Shown piece by piece: positions 1-11,300 of a DNA stretch of 64,000 bases. The translations under genes and the position numbers were made by a program. The number at the start of each line of letters is the position of its first letter. The stretch's first letter is position 1. The notes under the pieces are model-generated. The model saw only the letters and a program-made list of their open reading frames with translations. It was not told where the DNA came from and made no database searches. Source of the stretch: Isurus oxyrinchus (lineage: Eukaryota); contig JANJGN010000150.1 in assembly GCA_026770705.1 (NCBI GenBank), positions 434,001-498,000 of the forward strand. The letters run 5' to 3'.

Positions 1-393
1 GCTATGATGTGAAAAGTTGCTTGCAAATGTACGTTTTTCACTGTATCCTGGATGGCTGAAACAGCTTGGACAACAGAATGAGCTAAAGCTACAACTTACA
101 ACCATTTCAGTCTTTCAGTTTTTGAAAGAACAATTAGCCTCCATCCTGAAGGCTGAGTGAATGGGCGGACTGTGCGATGTGTTACAGATTTCAGACACCA
201 ACATCCTCGATCCTGGTTCTGCTCTGTGTTTGATGAAAAGATCCTAACCAGACACATGGATAAAAGATTGGGAAAATAAATAGTCCTCCTGCATTAACCA
301 GTAACCAGTCACTAACTAAGTTAATCATGTGAGGACAGGATTGTGTTGGAGGCCATTAACCCCAGCATCAAACACATCCTTTGGACTGGCCAT

Positions 394-1180
394 TTACACA
401 GAAGAAAGGAGGAGGCCCCATTCAGCCCCTCGAGCCTGTTACACAGCAACAGGAGGAGGCCCATTCAGCTCCTCGAGCCTGTTACACAGGAACAGGAGGA
501 GGCCCATTCAGCCCCTCAAGCCTGTTACACAGGAACAGGAGGAGGCCCATTCAGCCCCCTCGAGCCTGTTACACAGTAACAGGAGGAGGGCCATTCAGCC
601 CCCTCGAGCCTGTTACACAGGAACAGGAGGAGGCCCATTCAGCCGCCTCGAGTCTGTTACACAGAAGAAAGGAGGAGGCCATTCAGCCCTTTGAGCCTGT
701 TACACAGGAACAGGAGGAGGCCCATTCAGCCCCTTGAGCCTGTTACACAGCAACAGGAGGAGGCCCACTCAGCCCCCTCGAGCCTGTTACACAGGAACAG
801 GAGGAGGCCCACTCAGCCCCCTCGAGCCTGTTACACAGGAACAGGAGGAGGCCCATTCAGCCCCCTCGAGCCTGTTACACAGGAACAGGAAGAGGACCAT
901 TCAGCCCCCTCAAGCCTGTGACACAGGAACAGGAGGAGGCCCATTCAGCCCATCGAGCCTGTGACAGAGGAACAGGAGGAGGCCCATTCAGCCCATCGAG
1001 CCTATGACACAGGAACAGGAGGAGGCCCATTCAGCCTCTCGAGCTTGTAAGAAAAGAAAAGGAGGAGGCCGTTCAACCCCTTGAGCCTGTTACACATGAA
1101 CATGAGGGGCCCATTCAGCCCCCTCAATCCCATTACACAGGAACAGGAGGAGGCCATTCAGCCCCTCGAGCCTGTTACAT
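394..1180. repeat. 43-44 bp minisatellite (~18 copies; TTACACAGGAACAGGAGGAGGCCCATTCAGCCCCTCGAGCCTG)
   Basis: Unit spacing counted directly (481 to 524). The core GGCCATTC(A/G)GCCCCTCGAGCCTG also occurs at the end of the CR1-like LINE fragment near 32300. A shorter array lies at ~63260-63500. Confidence 0.92.
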
Positions 1181-1214
1181 GGGAAAAAGTTTAATCACAT
1201 TCGGACACAGCCTT

Positions 1215-1490
1215 GGCACTCCAAGGGTTAACAGTTTGCTTTCATACTTTGACAGCAAACACCTCCCACTTTGTCTCAAAGTGACACATCCATCCTTTCT
1301 CATTAAATACACAGAGGGAGCGGCACAGGAAGAGGTCATTCAGCCCAAGCAGAGCGTGTGGGCAGTTCCTCCCCAGGCGAGCAGTCGGACAGGTCCTGGG
1401 TAAGTAACGGAACGATTGGAATTCACTTCCACCACCAACACCGTCCTTTGTTGATGTTGTGACTTTATAAAGACAGATTCCAATAATTCA
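1215..1490 (+). promoter_or_regulatory. Extra copy of the putative promoter / non-coding first exon (donor GTAAGT at 1400)
   Basis: Near-identical to 7790-7990 and 24400-24610, which precede the signal-peptide exons. This copy is cut off by the 33-bp array. Confidence 0.5.
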
Positions 1491-4400
1491 CAGTCCAGCA
1501 CTCCCTCAGTACTGACCCTCTGACAGTTCAGCACTCCCTCAGTACTGACCCTCTGACAGTTTAGCACTCCCTCAGTACTGACCCTCTGACAGTGCAACAC
1601 TTCCTCAGTACTGACCCTCTGACAGTGCAGCACTCCCTCAGTACTGACCCACCGATAATGCAGCATTCCCTCAGTACTGAACTTCTGGCAGTGCAGCACT
1701 CCCTCAGTACTGACCCACCATTAGTACAGCACTCCCTCAGTACTGACCCTCTGACAGTGCAGCTCTGCCTCAGTACTGACCCTCCGACAGTGCAGCACTC
1801 CCTCAGTACTGTCTCTCCCACAGTGCAGCACTCCCTCAGCATTGACCCTCTGACAGTGCAGCACCCTCTCAGTACTGACCCTCTGACAGTGCAGCACTCA
1901 CTCAGTACTGAACCTATGACAGTTCAGCACTCCCTCAGTACTGACCCTATGACAGTGCATCACTCCCTCAATACTGACCCACTGACAGTGCAGCATTGCC
2001 TCAGTACTGACCCTCTGACAGTGCAGCACTCCCTCAGTACTGACCCTCTGACAGTGCAGCACTCCCTCAGTACTGACCCTCTGACAATGCAGCACTCCCT
2101 CAGTACTGACCCTCTGACAGTGCAGCATTGCTTCAGTACTGACCCTCTTACAGTGCAGCACTCCCTCAGTACTGACCCTCTGACAGTGCAGCACTCCCTC
2201 AGTACTGACCCTCTGACAGTGCAGCACTCCCTCAGTACTGACCCTCTGACAGTGCAGCACTCCCTCAATACTGCCTCACTGACAGTGCAGCACTCCCTCA
2301 GTACTGACCCTCTGACAGTGCAGCACTCCCTCAGTACTGACCCTATGACAGTGCAGCACTCCCTCACTTCTGACCCTCTGACAGTGCAGCACTCCCTCAA
2401 TTCTGACCCTCTTACTGTGCAGCACTCCCTCAGTACTGACCCGCTTACAGTGCAGCACTCCCTCAATACTGACCCTCTGACAGTGCAGCATTGCTTCAGT
2501 ACTGACCCTCTGACAGTGCAGCACCTCTTCAGTACTGACCCTCTTACTGTGCAGCACTCCCTCAGTACTGACCCTCTGACAGTGCAGCACTCCCTCAGTA
2601 CTGAACTTCTGGCAGTGCAGCACTCCCTCAGTACTGACCCACCGATAGTACAGCACTCCCTCAGTACTGACCCTCTGACAGTGCAGCACTCCCTCAGTAC
2701 TGACCCTCTGACAGTGCAGCATTGCTTCAGTACTGACCCTCTGACAGTGCAGCACTCCCTCACTACTGACCCTCTGACAGTGCAGCACTCCCTCAGTACT
2801 GACCCTCTGACAGTGCAGCACTCCCTCAGTACTGACCCTCTGACAGTGCAGCACTCCCTCAGTACTGACCCTCTGACAGTGCAGCACTCCCTCAGTAATG
2901 ACCCTCTGACAGTGCAGCACTCCCTCAGTACTGACCCTCTGACAGTGCAGCACTCCCTCAAAACTGACCCTCTGACAGTGCAGCATTGCTTCAGTACTGA
3001 CCCTCTGACAGTGCAGCACTCCCTCAGTACTGAACTTCTGGCAGTACAGCACTCCCTCAGTACTGACCCTCTGACAGTGCAGCACTCCCTCAATACTGAC
3101 TCACTGACAGTGCAGCACTCCTTCAGTTCTGACCCACCGATAGTGAAGCAATCCCTCAGTACTGACCCTCTGACAGTGCAGCACTGCCTCAATACTGACT
3201 CACTGACAGTGCAGCACTCCCTCAGTACTGAACTTCTGGCAGTGCAGCACTCCCTCAATACTGACCCTCTGACAGTGCAGCACTCCCTCAATACTGACTC
3301 ACTGACAGTGCAGCACTCCCTCAGTACTGACCCACCGATAGTACAGCACTCCCTCAGTACTGACCCTCTGACAGTGCAGCATTGCTTCAGTACTGACCCT
3401 CTGACAGTGCAGCACTCCCTCAGTACTGACCCTCTGACAGTGCAGCACTCCCTCAGTACTGACCCTCTGACAGTGCAGCACTCCCTCAGTACTGACCCTC
3501 TGACAGTGCAGCACTCCCTCAGTACTGACCCTCTGACAGTGCAGCACTCCCTCAGTAATGACCCTCTGACAGTGCAGCACTCCATCAGTACTGACCCTCT
3601 GACAGTGCAGCACTCCCTCAGTACTGACCCTCTGACAGTGCAGCACTCCCTCAGTACTGACCCACCGATAGTGCAACACTCCCTCAGTACTGAACTTCTG
3701 GCAGTGCAGCACTCCCTCAGTACTGACCCTCTGACAGTGCAGCATTGCTTCAGTACTGACCCTCTGACAGTGCAGCACTCCCTCAGTACTGACCCTCTGA
3801 CAGTGCAGCACTCCCTCAGTACTGACCCACCGATAGTGCAGCACTCCCTCAATACTGACCCTCTGACAGTGCAGCACTCCTTCAGTTCTGACCCACCGAT
3901 AGTGAAGCAATCCCTCAGTACTGACCCTCTGACAGTGCAGCACTGCCTCAATACTGACTCACTGACAGTGCAGCACTCCCTCAGTACTGAACTTCTGGCA
4001 GTGCAGCACTCCCTCAATACTGACCCTCTGACAGTGCAGCACTCCCTCAATACTGACTCACTGACAGTGCAGCACTCCCTCAGTACTGACCCTCTGACAG
4101 TGCAGCACTCACTCAGTACTGACCCTATGACAGTGCAGCACTCCCTCACTTCTGACCCTCTGACAGTGCAGCACTCCCTCAATTCTGACCCTCTTACTGT
4201 GCAGCACTCCCTCAGTACTGACCCTCTTACAGTGCAGCACTCCCTCAATATTGACCCTTTGACAGTGCAGCATTGCTTCAGTACTGACCCTCTGACTTCG
4301 CAGCACTCCCTCAGTACTGACCCTCTGACAGTGCAGCACTCCCTCAGTACTGAACTTCTGGCAGTGCAGCACTCCCTCAGTACTGACCCACCGATAGTAC

Positions 4401-6134
4401 AGCACTCCCTCAGTACTGACCCTCTGACAGTGCAGCACTCCCTCAGTACTGACCCTCTGACAGTGCAGCATTGCTTCAGTACTGACCCTCTGACAGTGCA
4501 GCACTCCCTCAATACTGACCCTCTGACAGTGCAGCACTCCCTCAGTACTGACCCTCTGACAGTGCAGCACTCCCTCAGTACTGACCCTCTGACAGTGCAG
4601 CACTCCCTCAGTACTGACCCTCTGACAGTGCAGCACTCCCTCAGTAATGACCCTCTGACAGTGCAGCACTCCCTCAGTACTGACCCTCTGACAGTGCAGC
4701 ACTCCCTCAATACTGACCCTCTGACAGTGCAGCACTCCCTCAATACTGACCCTCTGACAGTGCAGCACTCCCTCAGTACTGACCCTCTGACAGTGCATCA
4801 CTCCCTCAGTACTGACCCTCTGACAGTGCAGCACTCCCTCAGTAATGACCCTCTGACAGTGCAGCACTCCCTCAGTACTGACCCTCTGACAGTGCAGCAC
4901 TCCCTCAGTACTGACCCTCTGACAGTGCATCACTCCCTCAGTACTGACCCTCTGACAGTGCAGCACTCCCTCAGTAATGACCCTCTGACAGTGCAGCACT
5001 CCCTCAGTACTGACCCTCTGACAGTGCAGCACTCCCTCAGTACTGACCCTCTGACAGTGCAGCACTCCCTCAGTACTGACCCACCGATAGTGCAACACTC
5101 CCTCACTACTGAACTTCTGGCAGTGCAGCACTCCCTCAGTACTGACCCACCGATAGTACAGCACTCCCTCAGTACTGACCCTCTGACAGTGCAGCACTCC
5201 CTCAGTACTGACCCTCTGACAGTGCAGCATTGCTTCAGTACTGACCCTCTGACAGTGCAGCACTCCCTCAGTACTGACCCTCTGACAGTGCAGCACTCCC
5301 TCAGTACTGACCCTCTGACAGTGCAGCACTCCCTCAGTACTGACCCTCTGACAGTGCAGCACTCCCTCAGTAATGACCCTCTGACAGTGCAGCACTCCCT
5401 CAGTACTGACCCTCTGACAGTGCAGCACTCCCTCAGTACTGACCCTCTGACAGTGCAGCACTCCCTCAGTACTGACCCACCGATAGTGCAACACTCCCTC
5501 AGTACTGAACTTCTGGCAGTGCAGCACTCCCTCAGTACTGACCCACCGATAGTACAGCAGTCCCTCAGTACTGACCCTCTGACAGTGCAGCACTCCCTCA
5601 GTACTGACCCTCTGACAGTGCAGCATTGCTTCAGTACTGACCCTCTGACAGTGCAGCACTCCCTCAGTACTGACCCTCTGACAGTGCAGCACTCCCTCAG
5701 TACTGACCCTCTGACAGTGCAGCACTCCCTCAGTACTGACCCTCTGACAGTGCAGCACTCCCTCAGTACTGACCCTCTGACAGCGCAGCACTCCCTCAGT
5801 AATGACCCTCTGACAGTGCAGCACTCCCTCAGTACTGACCCTCTGACAGTGCAGCACTCCCTCAGTATTGACCCTCTGACAGTGCAGCACTCCCTCAGTA
5901 CTGACCCTCTGACAGTGCAGCACTCCCTCAGTACTGACCCTCTGACAGTGCAGCACTCCCTCAGTACTGACCCTCTGACAGTGCAGCACTCCCTCAGTAC
6001 TGACCCTCTGACAGTGCAGCACTCCCTCAGTAATGACCCTCTGACAGTGCAGCACTCCCTCAGTACTGACCCTCTGACAGTGCAGCACTCCCTCAGTACT
6101 GACCCTCTGACAGTGCAGCACCTCTTCAGTACTG
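1489..6134. repeat. 33-bp satellite array (CAGTGCAGCACTCCCTCAGTACTGACCCTCTGA, ~140 units) with higher-order variant blocks
   Basis: Directly visible tandem unit. The unit resembles an internal segment of SacSINE1/DeuSINE-type SINEs (recalled consensus, not searched). It generates the 1516, 927 and 670 aa ORFs. Confidence 0.97.
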
Positions 6135-7139
6135 CGTCCTGAATCTTTGGAAGTCTCTCCTTAATCCTTGGGTGTGGAGGATCTCAGAGACTCTCATGTA
6201 ATTGAGAAGTCACCATGAGCACAGCAGCAGTCAGAATAGACAGATCTACAACCCAACACTCACACTTGCTGCACAGTTTCACCACCAAACCACAAGAATT
6301 AAGCAAACTGGCTGAAAATAAAGAGATGACAATTCAGCCTGTGTGGAAAGATCAGAAGTTTATTGTTTCCTGTTTGTCTCTGATCTGCAGCGCAGATAAA
6401 TATTAGAAAACCACAGAATCAAACAGCACAGAAAGAGGCCACTCAGCCCATTGTCCCTGTCCTGGTCTCCTGGGACAGATATCCAATTGGTCCCAATCTC
6501 CCATTCTCTCACACTCTGCAAGTATTTTGAAAGATCCTATTGAATCTGCTTCCACCGCCCTTTCAGGCAGCACCTTCCAGATCACAGCAACTCGCTGTGC
6601 ACAATAAAACCTAACCTGCCTGCTCAGTGATGGTTACTCCCATCTGAGGGGATTTATATTCATGAATTTGGATTCAATCTGGGACAGGAAGAATTTGAAG
6701 GACGATGGGGGAAGAGAGGTGGATTGAAACCAATTGTGTGCTTCTTTTAAAGAGCTAGCACAGCCAAAATGGCATGAATGGCCTCCTGCTATTCTGTGTG
6801 ATTCTGTGATATGATGAAGAAAGTTCCTTTTCAGCAACAGTTTACTTCTTCTGCTGAAACTCTTCATGTTGGAGAAGAGGAAGTGATGGTTTCCATCAGT
6901 GTTTAGTGTGTGTTCCAGTTCAGTTTTAACCGAAACTCAGTGAAGCGGATGGTGAAGGTCATGAACCCACCACAGCGGCACCTCCGACACATGCAGAGCT
7001 CAGGCTAGAGGCACTGCGTTAGTGTGTTTCACAGTCTCTGCTGGAGTAGGGTCAGTGCTGAGCTTGGGGACAAGTCAGTCTATAATGCTGCATCGGAATC
7101 AACAATACAACAATATGGGGTTTGGATCAGAAATAATTT

Positions 7140-7530
7140 GATCCTCTGACAGTGCAGCACTCCCTCAGTACTGATTCTCCAACAGTGCAGCACTCCCTCA
7201 GTACTGACCCTCTGACAGTGCAGCACTCCCTCAGTACTGACCCTCTGGCAGTGCAACACTCCCACAATACTGACCCTTCAACAGTGCAGCACGCCCTCAG
7301 GAATGACTCTCTGACAGTGCAGCACTCCCTCAGTACTGACCCTCTGGCAGTGCAGCACTCCCACAATACTGAGCCTCTGACAGTGCAGCATTCCCTCAGT
7401 ACTGACCCTCTGGCAGTGCAGCACTACCACAATACTGAGCCTCTGACAGTGCAGCACTGCTTCAGTACTGACCCTCCAACAGTGCAGCATGCCCTCAGGA
7501 ATGACCCTCTGACAGTGCAGGACTCTCAGT
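7140..7530. repeat. 33-bp satellite array, short and diverged
   Basis: Same unit as 1489-6134. Confidence 0.92.
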
Positions 7531-7739
7531 CCTGACACCGATTGCCGGTCTGGTTTGTCAGTCTGAATTTTGCCAAATGAATCTCGAACAGACGACCTTC
7601 TCACTCAGACAGCGAGAGAGGGTTTGAATCCCAATGACCCACAGGAGAATTCCTGGTCAATGACTTTCCACTTTTGAGCAGAAATATCATCACAAGTCCA
7701 GAACGCAAAGGGTTAACAGCTTCAAAAAACTCTAAACAT

Positions 7740-7903
7740 CAGTTGCATTCTCATAAAGTGACCACTTCCACATTTTGACTCACAGTGACACATCAACCAT
7801 TTCTAATTAAACACACAGAGGGAGCAGCACAGAAAGAGGTCATTCAGCCCAAGCAGAGCGTGTGGGCAGTTCCTCCCCAGGCGAGCAGTCGGACAGGTCC
7901 TGG
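7740..7903 (+). promoter_or_regulatory. Putative promoter and non-coding exon 1 of gene A
   Basis: Canonical donor CTGG|GTAAGT at 7904. Upstream ACCACTTCC (RUNX/ETS-like) and TGACTCA (AP-1). The same position relative to the signal exon is seen in gene B. Confidence 0.5.
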
Positions 7904-8353
7904 GTAAGTAACGGAACGATTGGAATTCACTTCCACCACCAACACCGTCCTTTATTGATGTTGTGACTTTATAAAGATAGATTCCAATGATTGATGCCTT
8001 TGAAAGATTTCTACTGATTATTGAGATCTGGGTGTGAGGCTCAAGTCTGTTGTTCAGAACATCTTTCTAGCTCAAGGGATGAGGGAAGAGCAGGGACATG
8101 AGCTTTGGGATATCCTGAGGTGTTGAAAGGTGCTATAGAAATGCAAGTCCTTCAATGTTTTCCTTTCTTAAAGCCTTGTAACTCTCTGCAGAGCACCTAT
8201 CATCCCACAGAGAATCAAATTAGTCTGTCAAGACATTGTCCAAAAACAGTTCTAATCTCTCGAGAGCTGTCGGACAAGAGGTGAGGTCTCATTAACTCCT
8301 TTCTCTTTCAGAAAATCAGAGTTAGAAGCTGAGGAATTATCTGGGAGTGGACA

Positions 8354-8393
8354 ATGATCGGGAAATCTTACTTCCTCCTGTCACTTCTCCAAG
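8354..8393 (+). CDS. Gene A signal-peptide exon (MIGKSYFLLSLLQ)
   Basis: ACAATG start, hydrophobic core, phase-1 donor CAAG|GTAATA, acceptor TTCTCTTTCAG ending 8311. Identical peptide at 24975 and 63796. Confidence 0.85.
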
Positions 8394-11300
8394 GTAATAT
8401 CATCGTCAGCTCGGACAGATTTATGGTGAATAGTCTTTGTAAAAGATCATTCTTATTGAGCTTTGATTGGTAACAGATTCAGCAGTGAGCCAGTGTACAA
8501 ACTCACACCAAGTCCCATTGACCCATCACCCCTGTGCTCACTGATATACACTGACTCCCTGTCTGACAGCAGAATTGGAGGAGAGCAGAGATCTCAGAGG
8601 GGTGAAGGGGCTGGATGAGGTTACAGAGGTAGGGACTGGAGAGGGGGTTGGGGGGATTGGGAATTGAGGATGAGAATCTTAAAATGGAGGCACTGCTTGA
8701 CTGGGAGCCTATGTAAGTCAGTGTGGATGGGGGGAAGGGTGGTAAAAGGTTGAGTAGAAAATCAGGGATAAAAACTGGAGGATGAAGTCTCTCCCTATGT
8801 TAGGTGTCTGATAGCAATATCCTAAAATGTGTCTTTTGCTGATTTTATTCAGAATTTCCCATGAAGACAACACAGCAGCTCCTAGAATAGACAGGCTGTT
8901 CAGTGTCACACTTCCTGTCCATTCTCACCTTGCTAGATACTTCAATAAGGGAGCAAGATAACTGAAAGAGAGAAGGAAGGTAAAGCTGTCCGTGTGTAAA
9001 GGTGTCAATATTCAGTTTGTATATTTGTCTTTCTCTCGACACATGCAGAGCTCAGGCGAGAGGCGCTTTGTTAGTGTGTTTCACAGTGTCTGCTGGAGTA
9101 GGGTCAGTGCTGAGCTTGGGGACAAGTCAGTCTACAATGCTGCATCGGAATCAACAATACAACAATATGGGGTTTGGATCAGAAATAATCCCTTAGACAA
9201 TGAGGATCCATAGAGATTCCTTAGACAATGAGGATCCAAAGAGATTCCTGAAACAATGAGGATCCAAAGAGATTCCTCAGACAATGAAGGTCTAAAGTGC
9301 ACCAATCATATTGAACCAGATTAACCAATCAGCTGTGTTGAAGAGCAGACAGGAATGTTAGGCTAATTAGTGATTCATGACGGTGATAATGGGGGGAGTT
9401 CTGACGGCTCCTAATCCATTGTCCTGTCTTGTAAATCAGCACTGAATGGATCTCAGTTGGTGTGTCTTGTAGACACAGTGTTGGGTCACATTTAATCATT
9501 GACATTAAAGTGATAATTAGCGGCTGCATTTGCACTGAACATGAAGCAGTCACCAGGCCGCTTGAAATGAAGAATCCAAATGGTCCAGATGAGCAGAGAG
9601 CAATAGATTATATTTACATAGCGCCTTAACTGTAACAAAAAACAATCCAAGGGGCTACACAGGAGCATTATAATACAAGGCACAGTGACACTGTCTCACT
9701 GGCTTCACTAAACAGGGTCCTGAGGACCATGAGCCAATGTAGAATGAACTTGTCCACTCCTGTGTCCAGGATTCTCTTCCATCCATTGTGAAACCTTGAG
9801 GAGTTCCTTGTGTGTCCTGTATATGGTCCACACTGCAGCCACTGTGCCCCAGTGATGGAGGGGGTGGATATCGAGTCTAGTGGATCTACAAACCTTCCAG
9901 AGTTAAATATTGATATTTCTCTCCCCAGTTGGACTGTCACAAGAGTGGAAAGGTGACAGTCCCCGAGAGGTGACAGCGCAGGAAGGTTCGTGTGTACAGA
10001 TTCCATGTCATTACAGTTACCCATCACATTTGGAAAGCCAACCGCGAGGTGGACTCTGGTTTAATAATGAGGAACAGATTCCCTGGGCTCCCATTGCCTT
10101 TCACTCCAAGGATCACAGTCACGAGTTACCATGGTTCCGCCATCGGACCCGGCTGTCTGGAGACCTGAAAGATGGCGACTGTTCCCTGATTATAAACAAC
10201 ATCAGACGGGAAGATGCAGGAACTTATTATTTCAGAATAGAATTTGACAATGGTCCGAGCCATAACTATTACCCTGTAACCCAGCTTCACGTTTCTGGTA
10301 AGTGCTGTGTTATAATTACTCAACAATTCACATTCAACACTCAATGGGAAATAACACAAACTGTGACGTTTACGTATTAACACAAAACACAGCTTATTAT
10401 AACACACTGTCTGATTCTCAATAACCTGGTGATAGCTTCCAGTTCAGTCCTAAAGCAACCTCTAATACTCACTTTAATATCAATGATGAAAAGCATTAAC
10501 TGTATTATCAGGTTATCCACTCCCATCAATCTCTCCTGTCCTGTTTAAAAGTCTGACTTATCGATAAAAGAAAGATGTGCATTTCTGCAGCGCAATTTAC
10601 CACCTCAGGAGGATCCAAATCCCTTCACAGCCAATGAAATTATTCCTGAATTGTGGTCACAGATGTTAAACACAGCAGGCAGTTTGTGCACAGCAAGATC
10701 CAGCAAACCACAATGTAATAAATCACCCAGATCGCTGAGGAAATGAGAAGCCAGTGAACTCAAACCTCTGGTCTGATGAAGAGTCATACGGACTCGAACG
10801 TTAACCCTGTCTTCCTCTCCACTGATACTGTCAGACCTGCTGAGTCTTTCCAGCAATTTTTGTTTTGGTTTCAGATTTCCAGCATCCACAGTATTCTGCT
10901 TTTAACTCCAATCTCTGGTCTGAGCCTCTTCTCTCATCCAGTGTTCTCAATTCACATGTCTCGGAGTGAACGTGTATTAAGCTGAGAGACAGAAACACTA
11001 CTGCCAAAGAGCAAGAAAATCTTTCCTGATCATTGTAACCTCTCAGTTCTGATATCATCCTTGTAAAAGTGCTTTCTCTTGTGGGACTGTGATTTCTATT
11101 TGAACTGATGCTTCACGTTATATTTCTCTAAAAGGATCCATTCTCTGTCTGTTAGATTTCACAGATAAACCCACAATATTCCCTGCGGAAATTATTGCAG
11201 GAAAGCGTGTGGATGTAAGCTGCACCTTCAACACAACGTGCAATGGAACAGCAGCACCTGTCTTAACCTGGGACACTCCCACTGACGTACCTGGATCAGT

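Noticed and set aside
329-964. Overlapping short ORFs
   Set aside because: Products of the 43-44 bp minisatellite.
1489-6134. CRISPR-like array (33-bp repeat)
   Set aside because: Head-to-tail repeats without unique spacers, no cas genes, and a eukaryotic intron/exon context.
1592-6142. 1516-aa mucin-like ORF (TVQHSLSTDPL)n and the 927/670-aa antisense ORFs
   Set aside because: The unit length is a multiple of 3 and the consensus has no stop in these frames. ORFs are open on both strands, there is no unique N- or C-terminal domain, and the same unit occurs in many arrays in both orientations.
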